Source: Acidobacteriota bacterium
GTDB taxonomy: Bacteria; Acidobacteriota; Polarisedimenticolia; J045
NCBI GenBank assembly: GCA_025456425.1
Contig: JALOKP010000017.1
Location: forward strand, 2,128-66,127
Direction: 5' to 3'
Length of the DNA: 64,000 bases
Of this stretch, positions 53,651-63,144 are shown piece by piece (the first letter of the stretch is position 1; each line of letters begins with the position of its first letter). The notes beneath the pieces are model-generated. The model saw only the letters and a program-made list of their open reading frames with translations. It was not told where the DNA came from and did no database searches. Both the position numbers and the translations under genes were made by a program.

Positions 53651-53728
53651 AACCGGGGACAGCTACCGTAAGTCGGTAAGCCGAGGGGCTTTCCTCGGCT
53701 TACCGACTTACGGTAGCTGTCCCCGGTT
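53651..53728. repeat. REP/REPIN-like palindromic element, copy 2 (perfect 36-bp inverted repeat, 6-nt loop)
   Basis: AACCGGGGACAGCTACCGTAAGTCGGTAAGCCGAGG-ggcttt-exact reverse complement. Nearly identical to the arm at 3433-3465. Confidence 0.93.
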
Positions 53729-54901
53729 TGATTTCTTGCGGACGAGGCGGGCGGGCTGCGCGGCGCCGTCGCCGAACCGCTCGCGTAGCGCGTCGGCCGC
53801 GCGCGCGACCTGCCGCGCCCGCTCGCGCTGCTCGTCGGGGAAGAGCGGCGGCGGGACGTCGCGCGCCGCCATCAGGTCGCGGGCCGCGACCCCCAGCAGG
53901 CGCAGCCCCCGCCCGCGGAACTCCTCTGCTGCGCGCCACAGCGCCCGCGCCGTCCCGTAGATCTCCGCCGCCAGGTCGGTCGGCTCGTCCAGCGTGCGGC
54001 TGCGCGTGATCGTGCGGTAGTCCGCATCGCGCAGCTTGACCGCGACGTTGCGCGCCACCAGCTCGCGGCGCCGCAGTTCGGCCGCGATCCCGTCGGCGCG
54101 TGCGAACAGCTCCTGTTCGATCGCCGGCTCGCCGGCCAGGTCCTCGCCGTAGGTCCGCTCCTCGCTGACCTGCTTGCGCTCGTGCCAGGTCTCGACCGGC
54201 GCGTCGTCCTCGCCGTGCGCCCGCTCCTTCAGGAAGTGCGCCGTGGCGGCCCCCAGCTCGCGCCGCAGCAGCCGCTCGTCGGCGCGCGCCAGGTCACCCA
54301 CCGTGCGCGCACCGAGCCGGGCCAGGTGCTCCTGCAGCTTCGGCCCGACACCGGGAATGACGCGCACCGAGAGCGGCCAGAGCACGCGCTCGATGTCCCC
54401 CGGCCCGATCGTCACCAGCCCGTCCGGCTTCTCGAGGTCCGACGCGACCTTCGCGAGGAAGCGGCAGGGGGCGACCCCCGCGCTGGCGGTCAGCCGCTCG
54501 GCCTCGCGGATCGCCGTCTTCAACTGGCGGGCCAGCGCCGCGCCGTCGGCCAGGTCCTTCGCCAAGCCGGTCAGGTCGCCGTAGGCCTCGTCGATCGAGA
54601 CCTGCTCGACCACCGGGACGGCCTCTTCGACCAGCGCGAAGATCCGCGTCGAGACCTCGTGGTAGAGGGGAAAGTCCGGCGGAAGCCAGATCGCGTCGGG
54701 GCAGAGCCGCATCGCGCGGACCGACGGTATCGCGGAGCGGACGCCGAACGGCCGGGCCTCGTACGAGCAGGTCGCGACCACCCCGCGCGGGCCGGGATGG
54801 CCGATCAGCACCGGCTTCCCGCGCAGTTCCGGGCGCTCCCGCTGCTCGATCGCGGCGTAGAACGCGTCCATGTCGAGGTGCAGGATGACGCGGTCGCGCA
54901 C
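53708..54901 (-). CDS. dinB: DNA polymerase IV (Y family)
   Basis: ILHLDMDAFYA, SYEARPFGVRSA, SIDEAY, AKVASDLEKPDG and IPGVG. Confidence 0.96.
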   Translation of the reverse strand: MRDRVILHLDMDAFYAAIEQRERPELRGKPVLIGHPGPRGVVATCSYEARPFGVRSAIPSVRAMRLCPDAIWLPPDFPLYHEVSTRIFALVEEAVPVVEQVSIDEAYGDLTGLAKDLADGAALARQLKTAIREAERLTASAGVAPCRFLAKVASDLEKPDGLVTIGPGDIERVLWPLSVRVIPGVGPKLQEHLARLGARTVGDLARADERLLRRELGAATAHFLKERAHGEDDAPVETWHERKQVSEERTYGEDLAGEPAIEQELFARADGIAAELRRRELVARNVAVKLRDADYRTITRSRTLDEPTDLAAEIYGTARALWRAAEEFRGRGLRLLGVAARDLMAARDVPPPLFPDEQRERARQVARAADALRERFGDGAAQPARLVRKKSNRGQLP

Positions 54902-55014
54902 CGCTGTTTCTCCCGCGCCATTGTCCCACGCCGGTGTCCCCTCCCGTCCGTTCCGCCCCTTCGTCACACCGCGGGCCGACCGGCGGCGCTATCCTTGACA
55001 GGGAGGGTGCGCGG

Positions 55015-56652
55015 GTGGCCAAGGCACGGATCCCCGGGACGCGCTTCGGCGTCCCGCAGCGGGCCGACGACCCGGCGTGGCTGGTCTTCCTGGCCGGTCT
55101 CGCGCTGGTTGCCGGGTACGCCGCTCTCGCGTGGATCCGTGCGGTCGAGCCGCTTGGGCTGGACCAGGGGCTCTTCGCGCTGTTCGGCCGGCTCGTTCCC
55201 GAGGGCTGGCTCCCCTACCGCGACCTCTGGGACAGCAAGCCGCCGCTGGTGCTCTACACCTACCCGCTGGCCTTCACCCTGTTCGGGGAGCGGGTCGCCG
55301 CGCTCTGGTGGTTCGAGGCCGCGTGGCTCGGCCTGGCCGTGCTGGTCGCCGGGGTGATGGCCTCGCGCTTGTGGGGACGCTGGGCCGGAATCGCCGCGGC
55401 GTTCCTGATGGTCGCCGGGATGTGGGCGCCGGGCTGGGGCGGCTACTGGGCGCGCGCGCAGGCCGAACTGTTCCTTGCGCTGCCGCTGCTCGGCGCGGGC
55501 TGGTTCGCGTGGCTGGGACGCGAGCGGGCCGACGCCCCGTTCTGGTGCGGGGTGCTGACCGGGATCGCGAGTCTCTACAAGGTCCCGGCCGGGCTCCTGC
55601 TCGCAGCCTGGCCGGGGGTCTGGGTCGGCACTCCGAAGGGCGGCCCCTGGTGGCGGAAGCTGGGCGGGATGCTGCTCGGCGCCGCGATCCCGTGGGCGAT
55701 CGTGCTGCTCTACTTCCAGCTGCGCGGCGGGCTGCCCGAGATGATCGCCGCGGTCTTCACCTACAACACGGCGTATGCCGAGCTGATCGCGCGCGGCTCC
55801 TCGCTGCCGGCGACGATCCTCGGTGCGCTCAAGGAGCTGACGCGCACGGTCCCGGTGCTGACGATCGCCGGGACGATCGGCCTCGCGCTGCTCGTCCTGC
55901 GGCGCCGCGCCGAGGCGCTGTGGCTGGTCCCGTGGGTCGTCGCGACGCTGGTCGCGATCGTGCTGCAGCGGCAGCTCGCGGGGTATCACTTCCTGCTCGC
56001 GGTGCCGGGGCTCGCGCTGGCCGCCGCCTACGGGATCGTCGCGATCGGCTTCGCGATCCGGGAGGGGGGCGGGGCGCGGATCCTGGGCGCGAGCGCCCTG
56101 GTCCTGCTGCTGGGGCTCGCGCTGCCGCAGGCCGGGCGCTGGCAGGCGGCCTACGGTCCCGACCTCGACCTGCGCCGCGGCCGCCTCTCGTCCGAAGCCT
56201 ACCTGGCGCGCTTCGACTCGAACGGGCCGTTCTCGCCGGCCGCCGAGCTGGCCGCGGCACGCGTCGTCGACGACGCCTCGGCCTCGCGCCAGCGCCTGCT
56301 GGTCTGGGGGCTTTCGCCCGGGATCTACTTCCACGCCGGGCGCTCGCCGGCGACGCCGTTCGCGTTCCACAACGTGCTGCTGACCGACTCGCCGCTCGCG
56401 GTGCACTTCGGCGACCTCGCGGCGCGACGCGCGCGGCTGATCGAGGACCTCCAGAAGGACCCGCCCGGCGTGATCCTGGTCGGCACGCGCGACGAGAACG
56501 GCTTCGAGCGCGAGGACTCGTACACCCAGATGCTGCGCTTCCCCGAGCTGCGGCAGTTCGTCGAGAAGCGCTACGCCGAGCAGGACCCGGTCGGCCGCTT
56601 CCGCGTCTTCACGCTGAAGCCGGCGTCCGGGGTCCCCTGGGACTCCCGGTGA
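55015..56652 (+). CDS. GT-C fold membrane glycosyltransferase (GT39/ArnT-like)
   Basis: DQGLF, PYRDLWDSKPP, AQAELF and many TM helices. Confidence 0.8.
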   Translation: MAKARIPGTRFGVPQRADDPAWLVFLAGLALVAGYAALAWIRAVEPLGLDQGLFALFGRLVPEGWLPYRDLWDSKPPLVLYTYPLAFTLFGERVAALWWFEAAWLGLAVLVAGVMASRLWGRWAGIAAAFLMVAGMWAPGWGGYWARAQAELFLALPLLGAGWFAWLGRERADAPFWCGVLTGIASLYKVPAGLLLAAWPGVWVGTPKGGPWWRKLGGMLLGAAIPWAIVLLYFQLRGGLPEMIAAVFTYNTAYAELIARGSSLPATILGALKELTRTVPVLTIAGTIGLALLVLRRRAEALWLVPWVVATLVAIVLQRQLAGYHFLLAVPGLALAAAYGIVAIGFAIREGGGARILGASALVLLLGLALPQAGRWQAAYGPDLDLRRGRLSSEAYLARFDSNGPFSPAAELAAARVVDDASASRQRLLVWGLSPGIYFHAGRSPATPFAFHNVLLTDSPLAVHFGDLAARRARLIEDLQKDPPGVILVGTRDENGFEREDSYTQMLRFPELRQFVEKRYAEQDPVGRFRVFTLKPASGVPWDSR

Positions 56653-57677
56653 GCCCGCCCGCGCGGACGATGACGGCGGCGGTGGTCCGCCGGGCGGGAG
56701 AGCCGCTCGCGCTCGAGGAGCGGCCGGTCCCGCAGCCCGGCCCGGGCCAGGTGCGGATCCGCGTCGAAGCCTGCGGGATCTGCGCCGGCGACCTGCACCT
56801 GCAGCAGGGGCACCTCGACTTCGCGCGGCTGCCGGTCGTGCCGGGGCACGAGGTCGTCGGGCGCGTCGACGCCGTCGCGCCGGACGTCGCTGCGTGGGCT
56901 TCGGGGGACCGGGTTGGCGTGCCGTGGATCTGGTCGACCTGCGGCCTGTGCGACGCCTGTGTCGCGGGGGACGACCCGGGTTGCGCGCAGCAGCAGGTCT
57001 GCGGCGTGACCGTCGACGGCGGTTACGCGCCCTACCTCGTCGTGCCGGCGGCCTTCGCGACGCGCGTCTCGGACGAGCTCTCGGCGGTCGAGGCGGCGCC
57101 GCTCTTCTGCGCCGGCCTCTCGGTCTACGCCGGGCTCCAGGCCGCGGAGGTGACGGCTGGGATGACGGTCGCGGTGCACGGGATCGGGGGGCTGGGGCAT
57201 CTCGCGCTGCAGTACGCCAGCGCGCTCGACGCCAAGGTGGTGGCGATCACGCGCGGCACGGACAAGCACGACCTGGCACGCGAGCTGGGCGCGCTCGAGG
57301 TGATCGACGCGCTCGCGACCGACCCGGCCGCGGCGCTGCGCGATCTCGGCGGGGCCGACGTCGTCCTGACCACCGCCCCTTCCGGCGCCGCGATGGGCCC
57401 GCTCCTCGGCGGGCTGAAGCCGCGCGGCGCGCTGGTCGTCGTCGGCGCCTCGACCGAGAGCTTCCCGGTGGTGCCGATGGCGCTGCTGGCGGGCCGGCTG
57501 CGCGTGATCGGGTCGGCCGCGGGCAGCCGCCGCCAGCTACGCGAGGCGCTCGACCTGGCGGTGCGCCACGCGATCCGCCCGGTCGTCGAGACCATCCGGC
57601 TGGACGAGGCTCCGGCCGCGCTCGAGCGGCTGGCGCGGCATGAGGTACGCTTGCGCGCGGTGATCGAGTTCCCGTAG
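56649..57677 (+). CDS. Zinc-dependent alcohol dehydrogenase (AdhP-like)
   Basis: CGIC..D, GHE.VG, CGLCDAC..C, APLFCAG and GIGGLG. Confidence 0.94.
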   Translation: MSPPARTMTAAVVRRAGEPLALEERPVPQPGPGQVRIRVEACGICAGDLHLQQGHLDFARLPVVPGHEVVGRVDAVAPDVAAWASGDRVGVPWIWSTCGLCDACVAGDDPGCAQQQVCGVTVDGGYAPYLVVPAAFATRVSDELSAVEAAPLFCAGLSVYAGLQAAEVTAGMTVAVHGIGGLGHLALQYASALDAKVVAITRGTDKHDLARELGALEVIDALATDPAAALRDLGGADVVLTTAPSGAAMGPLLGGLKPRGALVVVGASTESFPVVPMALLAGRLRVIGSAAGSRRQLREALDLAVRHAIRPVVETIRLDEAPAALERLARHEVRLRAVIEFP

Positions 57678-57682
57678 CGGCC

Positions 57683-58264
57683 GTGGCCGGGGAGAACGAC
57701 GTGTTCCGAGGCTATCGCGACGAGGTCTGGAGGGCGCTGCAGGGGGCGATGAGCGAGGCGGGGCCGTGGGACGGGCGCGCGGTCCGCGTGCACCACCCGC
57801 CCTTCGTGGTGACGATCGACGTCAACGCCCAGCTCGCCGGCTACGCTTCGGAGATCGAGACGCGGCTGCGCGCCGCCTTCCCCAACCCGCGGAAGATCCG
57901 CTTCCGCATGGTGCGGCAGGCCTGGAAGTCCCGGCTGGCCCAGCGCTTCGGCCTCCACGACGTCGAGGTCGGCGACGCGGACTTCGACGCGGCGTTCTGG
58001 ATCCGCGCGCAGGACGGCGAGGCGGTGCGCCGACTGCTGGCCGATCCGGCCCTGCGCGACGATCTGGTCCGCAGCCCGGCCTGGCTGGTCGAGGTCCGAG
58101 ACGACGACGGCTGGTTCGGCCAGGAATTCCCGGCCGGGGTCGACATGCTGCTGCTCGAGGCCCCGGGGCGCGTGACCGACCCCGGAGCGATCGGCACGCT
58201 GTACGACGCGATGGCCCGGCTGCTCGACGGGCTGGCGGAGCAGGAGGCGGAGGCCTCGGAATAG
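57683..58264 (+). CDS. Hypothetical protein (DUF3137-like)
   Basis: TRLRAAF.N and FG..DVEVGDADFD.AF.IR. In an operon with adh. Confidence 0.65.
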   Translation: MAGENDVFRGYRDEVWRALQGAMSEAGPWDGRAVRVHHPPFVVTIDVNAQLAGYASEIETRLRAAFPNPRKIRFRMVRQAWKSRLAQRFGLHDVEVGDADFDAAFWIRAQDGEAVRRLLADPALRDDLVRSPAWLVEVRDDDGWFGQEFPAGVDMLLLEAPGRVTDPGAIGTLYDAMARLLDGLAEQEAEASE

Positions 58265-58307
58265 GCCCGGCTTGGCGGCCGCGGGGCCAACTCCGTATGC
58301 TCCCCGC

Positions 58308-59240
58308 ATGCCCGTCAAGCTCCCCGGCTACTCCCCCTCCCCGCACTCGGCCGCCGGCCGCGCGCGGCTGGGGGGCGTGAGCGGGCCCAAGCCCGACTGG
58401 CTGCGGATCAAGGTCGAGACCGGCCCCGGCTACAACCGCGTGCGCCGGCTGATGCGCGAACTCTCGCTCCACACGGTCTGCGAGGAGGCGCGCTGCCCCA
58501 ACGTCTTCGAGTGCTGGACCCGCGGCACGGCGACGATCATGGTCCTGGGCGACGTCTGCACCCGGCGCTGCGGCTTCTGCGCGGTGGCGACCGGCCGGCC
58601 CGCCGCGCCGCCCGATCCCGCCGAGCCGGACAACGTCGCCCGCGCGGTGGCCGAGCTGGGCCTGAAGCACGTCGTGATCACCTCGGTCGACCGCGACGAC
58701 CTGCCGGACGGCGGCGCGGCCCACTTCGCCGCGGTCGTGCGCGCGCTTCACGCCGCGCTGCCGGAGTGCGCGGTCGAGGTCCTGACCCCGGACTTCAAGC
58801 AGGATCCGGAGCGGGCGCTGGAGCTGGTCCTGGCCGAGCGGCCGGCGATCTTCTCGCACAACATCGAGACCGTGCCGGAGCTGTACCGCGTCGCGCGGCC
58901 CGGTTCCCGCTTCGAGCACTCGCTCGACCTGCTGCGGCGGGCCTCGGCGCGCAAGGCCGCGTTCGGCGGCCGGACCAAGACCGCGATCATGCTCGGGCTG
59001 GGCGAGACCGACGCCCAGGTCCACGGGACGATGCGCGCGGTCCGCGAGGCCGGTGTCGACATCATGGCGATGGGCCAGTACCTCCGGCCCACCGCGGAGC
59101 ACCTGCCGGTCCAGCGTTACGTCTCGCCCGCGGAGTTCGCGCGCTTTCGCGACTTCGGCCTGGGGCTGGGGTTCGCGCACGTGGAAGCGGGACCGCTGGT
59201 GCGGTCCAGCTACCACGCGGAGCAGCAGGCGGGGGGCTGA
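58308..59240 (+). CDS. lipA: Lipoyl synthase
   Basis: KPDWL, CEEARCPNVFEC, CTRRCGFC, HNIETV, GQYL and PLVRSSYHA. Confidence 0.97.
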   Translation: MPVKLPGYSPSPHSAAGRARLGGVSGPKPDWLRIKVETGPGYNRVRRLMRELSLHTVCEEARCPNVFECWTRGTATIMVLGDVCTRRCGFCAVATGRPAAPPDPAEPDNVARAVAELGLKHVVITSVDRDDLPDGGAAHFAAVVRALHAALPECAVEVLTPDFKQDPERALELVLAERPAIFSHNIETVPELYRVARPGSRFEHSLDLLRRASARKAAFGGRTKTAIMLGLGETDAQVHGTMRAVREAGVDIMAMGQYLRPTAEHLPVQRYVSPAEFARFRDFGLGLGFAHVEAGPLVRSSYHAEQQAGG

Positions 59241-59247
59241 CGGGGCC

Positions 59248-60549
59248 CTACGCTCCGCGCAAGTCCGACAGGATCCGCCTCACCGCGCCCTCCACGCTCC
59301 CCGCACGCTCGGCCGTCACCAGCGGCAACTCGGGCCGGATCCGGTGCCAGGTCGCGACCAGCGACGCTTCGGCCCGCGCCGCCCCGGGCGCGTCGCCCCA
59401 CGCGCTGAAGATCGCCTCCGCCGCGCGCGCGGCCGCCGTGCGCGCGCGCTTCGGCCCGGCGCGCAGCGCGACCCGCTCGCGCAGCGCGCCCCCTGCGATC
59501 GCGAACAGCACCGCGTCGGGCGCCTTCCCGCCCGGTCCCGCCGGCACGACCAGCACGCCGTCCGGCGCGGGGGCCAGCCCCGCCGCGCGCCGCGTGTTGA
59601 GCGCCGGGGCGAGGCGCCGGATCCAGCGCGCCTCGAGGATCAGCGCGTCCGGGGGCGTGTCGACCGCGTGGGTCGCCAGCCGCCGGGCCGCGGCGCGGAT
59701 CGCGCGGTCCTTCTCGTCGCGCGGCGGCCCTGCGAAGTACGAGCCGACCCGCGCGCGCAGCGACGACGACTGGCCGACGTAGAGCGTCCGCCCCGTGGCG
59801 TCCTCGAAGGCGTAGACGCCCGGCCCCTCCGGCAGCTCGGCGAGCGTGGCGAGGTCGAACTCCTTGCCGGCGAACTCCGCGGCCTCGAGACGCTCCTCGA
59901 GCAGCGCGTCGAGCGCGTCGAGGGTGGCGATCTCCTCCAGCGCCAGCTCGTCGCGCCAGCGCTCCCAGAGCGCGGCGACCAGCCGGGCGTGCGAGTCGGG
60001 CGTCGTCTCCTCCTCGAGGTGCGGCAACCGCAGCGCCTCGGCGATCCGCAGCGGATCGGGGGCGCCGCGGTAGCCGCGCAGGCGGCGCGCGAACGCGGCG
60101 AGCGGCACGACCCGCGCGGGCAGTCTTCGCCCGGTGATCGCCGCGGCGCGGCGGACCTCGGCCGCGCCGCCGGGCGCGACGGCATAGCACGGTTCGACCG
60201 CGACGCCTGCGGCCGCCGCGCCGACGACCCCGCTCGCGATCCCGTGCAGCGCGGCGAACGGGGCGCCGGGCGGTGCGAAGACGGCGACGAACGGTCCGGC
60301 AAGCGTGGCTTCGCCCGGCGCCTGCGCGTTCCCGCCGGAAAGCGGCGCCGCCAGCGCCCATCCCGCCGGCCCGTGAACGAATCGCGAGTCGTTCGACAGG
60401 ACCGGCCGAAGCAGTTTGTCCGCCACAGTTTCGTCGAGCAGGCCGAGACCGAGGAACTCGCGCGCGAGGTCGGCGCTGCTGCGCGGAGCGCCGCGCGCCG
60501 TCAGCGCTGCAGCAATCCGCTCAATTAGGGCTGGCGAAGCGCGATCCAT
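59248..60549 (-). CDS. GIY-YIG (UvrC N-terminal/Cho-like) nuclease with a degenerate exonuclease-like N-terminal region
   Basis: LPEGPGVYAF..LYVGQSSSLRARVGSYF, ALILEARWI and P.LN. Confidence 0.8.
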   Translation of the reverse strand: MDRASPALIERIAAALTARGAPRSSADLAREFLGLGLLDETVADKLLRPVLSNDSRFVHGPAGWALAAPLSGGNAQAPGEATLAGPFVAVFAPPGAPFAALHGIASGVVGAAAAGVAVEPCYAVAPGGAAEVRRAAAITGRRLPARVVPLAAFARRLRGYRGAPDPLRIAEALRLPHLEEETTPDSHARLVAALWERWRDELALEEIATLDALDALLEERLEAAEFAGKEFDLATLAELPEGPGVYAFEDATGRTLYVGQSSSLRARVGSYFAGPPRDEKDRAIRAAARRLATHAVDTPPDALILEARWIRRLAPALNTRRAAGLAPAPDGVLVVPAGPGGKAPDAVLFAIAGGALRERVALRAGPKRARTAAARAAEAIFSAWGDAPGAARAEASLVATWHRIRPELPLVTAERAGSVEGAVRRILSDLRGA

Positions 60550-60663
60550 CGGCGAACCTTCTCCGGCGGAGGAGGGGGCCGTTCCGGGCGCCGGCAGGCC
60601 AGGTGCCTGCGTGCGTCCCCGGCTTGCCTCCGCACCCAGGCGAAAGCACGGTCGCGCGAGATC

Positions 60664-61680
60664 ATGGCCCAGGCTGGACGGTCCGGTGAAGAGGTGCTCG
60701 TCGTCGGCGCGGGACTCGCGGGCGCCGCGATCGCCTGGCTCTGCGCGCGCGCCGGGCGGCCGACCGTGCTGGTCTCGGTCAACCGCCCCGCCAGCCAGGC
60801 CACCGCGATGTCGGCCGGGGTCGTGCTCGGCGCCGGCCCGCCGGGCGCGGCCGCAGAGTGGGGCCAGCTTTCCGCCGCGGAGATGGAACTCGCGGCCCAG
60901 CGCCTCGCGCGCGGCAGCGACCTGCTGTGCGAGGTGCTGCTCGGCAGCGGCGCACCGGTCGGCTTCGCGCGCCGGCCGCACACCATGGTGCTGGCCGAGG
61001 ACACCGACCCGGCGTGGCTGGTGCGGATCGAGCGGTTGCTGCGCGACGCAGGCTTCCCGACGAGCCTGTCGCGCGCCGCGGACGGCCGACCCGCGCTGCG
61101 GCGCGAGCGCGACGCGGTGGTGCACGCGCGCCGCCTGGCGTTCGAGCTGCTGCGCCTGGCGCGGGCCCACGGCGCACGCGTGCACCTCGGCACCGCGCTG
61201 CGGCGGATCGTCGAGACCGACGGCGACGGGGTGCTGGTCGACCTCGACGACGGGCCGCGCCGGGTGTCGCGCCTGTTCTGGGCCGGGGGCCGGCCGCTGC
61301 CCAGCGACCCGAGCCGGCCGCAGACGCGGACCCAGATCGTCCTGCACCAGGTCTTCGCCGCCGGCCGGGAGCCGCTCGAGACGATCTACGCGGGGGGGGA
61401 TGGGGACATCCTGCTGGCGCCGGCGCCGCTTCGGCCGGGACACGTCGTGCTGGTCCGGATCGCGCGGGAGAACCCGGCCGGCGGGTTGTCCTGGCCCGAG
61501 CCGCTGCGGGCCTGGGAGGTCCACCGCGGCGTGGTCCGGCGCCAACGGCTGGCCGAGGTCTGCTCCGGGCCGGCCTTCCCGATCGCCAGCGAGGGGCGGG
61601 TCGTGTCCCTCAGCGGGCTCTCGGGCTGGCCGGTCGCGGCGGTGCTTGGCCTCTGCCAGGAGGCGGCCGAGCTCGATTGA
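60664..61680 (+). CDS. FAD-dependent oxidoreductase (DAO/DadA-like, divergent)
   Basis: VLVVGAGLAG Rossmann motif, ATAMSAG, and VHARRL..ARAHGARV. Confidence 0.7.
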   Translation: MAQAGRSGEEVLVVGAGLAGAAIAWLCARAGRPTVLVSVNRPASQATAMSAGVVLGAGPPGAAAEWGQLSAAEMELAAQRLARGSDLLCEVLLGSGAPVGFARRPHTMVLAEDTDPAWLVRIERLLRDAGFPTSLSRAADGRPALRRERDAVVHARRLAFELLRLARAHGARVHLGTALRRIVETDGDGVLVDLDDGPRRVSRLFWAGGRPLPSDPSRPQTRTQIVLHQVFAAGREPLETIYAGGDGDILLAPAPLRPGHVVLVRIARENPAGGLSWPEPLRAWEVHRGVVRRQRLAEVCSGPAFPIASEGRVVSLSGLSGWPVAAVLGLCQEAAELD

Positions 61681-61750
61681 CCGGGTTCAGCCGGCCCCGG
61701 CCGCGTTCAGTTTACACCTCGATCCGTTTGATTAATGCGATCTGGCGGTT

Positions 61751-61759
61751 TGGTATGCT
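61751..61759 (+). promoter_or_regulatory. Extended -10 promoter of the fadL-like gene
   Basis: TGgTATGCT in an AT-rich intergenic patch, with an AGGAGG RBS downstream. Confidence 0.55.
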
Positions 61760-61802
61760 CGCCGTCGCCGGAGCCGTCGGCCCGGCAGGAGGAGGCGATC
61801 CC

Positions 61803-63110
61803 ATGTCGTTCCGCTGGCTCAAGGCTGCCGTGGCAGCTGCGCTCGTGCTCGCCGCGCCGATGGCGCTGGCCTCGGGCTTCCACATCTACGAGCAGGGCGC
61901 GAAGGCGTCGGCACAGGCGGTCGCGTTCATCGCGCGGGCCGACGACGCGAGCGCGAACTGGTACAACCCCGCCGGTCTCGTCACGATCGACCGGCCGACG
62001 ATCGCGCTCGGCGGATCGCTCGTCTTCCTGGGCGACACCCAGTTCGACTCGAACATGGACAAGATCAACCCGGTCCTCTTCAAGGGCGGGAGCTGGGACA
62101 TGGAGGACAACATCGGCACCCCGGTCCACCTCTTCTACGCTCAGCCGCTGGGCCGCAGCTTCGTGCTGGGCGTCGGCGTCACGACCCCCTTCGGCCTGGT
62201 CACCGAGTGGAGCGAGAAGTCCGACCTGCGCCTCTCGTCGCGGAAGTCCGACCTCGAAACGGTCGTGGTCAATGTCAACGGCGCCTTCGACTTCGGCTGC
62301 GGCTGGTCGGGCGCGGTGGGCGTCGACTACATCATGGCCGACCTGATCTCGTTCGCGCGAAACATTTCGCTGCGCCCGATCAACCCGGCGCTCTCGGCCG
62401 AGCCGTACGCCGACCTCACGGGCGACGGGGACGACTTCGGCTGGAATGCCGCGATCCGCTTCGCGGACGAGAAGTTCGCGTTCGGCGCGTTCTACCGCTC
62501 GGGGTACAGCGTCGACCTGGAGGGCGAGATCGACTTCTCCGACGTGCCGGGGATCCCGATCGGCGGCGGCCTCACGATCAAGGACCTCTTCCCGGACGGT
62601 CCCGGTGGCGGCACCCTCGACCTGCCCGCGTCGTACGGCGCCGGTGTCGCGTTCATGCCGACCAAGAACTGGGAGTTCGAGTTCGACATCCACGTCATGC
62701 AGTGGTCGGACTTCAAGGAACTCTCGGTCGATCTCGAGAAGAACACCAAGGCCGTCGACGACATCTACCTGAAGGAAGACTGGGACACGACGTATTCCTA
62801 CCGGTTCGGCGGGGCTTATGCCTTCGGGACCGACGAGGCCCACGAGCTCCGCGCCGGGGCCTACTACGAGACGGCCGCGGTGCCGACCGAAACGCTCCGC
62901 CCGTCGATTCCCGACGCCCCCCGAACCGGCGTATCGGTCGGCTACGGCTTCCAGGGAAAGAGCTTCTCCCTCGACTTCTACTACATGTACATCTGGATCG
63001 ACGACGTCTCGACCTCGCGCTCCGAGTTCCTGAACGACAACTCGGTCGTCTGGGGGACCTACGAGTCGGCGCTGAGCCTGCTCGGCGTGACGGGCAGCTT
63101 CAAGTTCTAA
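61803..63110 (+). CDS. fadL: OmpP1/FadL/TodX outer membrane long-chain fatty acid transporter
   Basis: SGFHIYEQ, ARADDASA.WYNPAG, TPFGL.TEW, PSIPD and C-terminal FKF. Confidence 0.9.
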   Translation: MSFRWLKAAVAAALVLAAPMALASGFHIYEQGAKASAQAVAFIARADDASANWYNPAGLVTIDRPTIALGGSLVFLGDTQFDSNMDKINPVLFKGGSWDMEDNIGTPVHLFYAQPLGRSFVLGVGVTTPFGLVTEWSEKSDLRLSSRKSDLETVVVNVNGAFDFGCGWSGAVGVDYIMADLISFARNISLRPINPALSAEPYADLTGDGDDFGWNAAIRFADEKFAFGAFYRSGYSVDLEGEIDFSDVPGIPIGGGLTIKDLFPDGPGGGTLDLPASYGAGVAFMPTKNWEFEFDIHVMQWSDFKELSVDLEKNTKAVDDIYLKEDWDTTYSYRFGGAYAFGTDEAHELRAGAYYETAAVPTETLRPSIPDAPRTGVSVGYGFQGKSFSLDFYYMYIWIDDVSTSRSEFLNDNSVVWGTYESALSLLGVTGSFKF

Positions 63111-63120
63111 AAACGCCGCG

Positions 63121-63144
63121 GGGGCCGGCCTCCGTGCCGGCCCC
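63121..63144. terminator. Hairpin between convergent genes
   Basis: GGGGCCGGC-ctccgt-GCCGGCCCC. A short T tract follows on the minus strand (complement of TAAAAA at 63108-63113). Confidence 0.55.

Noticed and set aside
54902-55014. LexA/SOS box upstream of dinB
   Set aside because: No LexA motif that I recognise. The lineage-specific box is unknown, so it cannot be supported.
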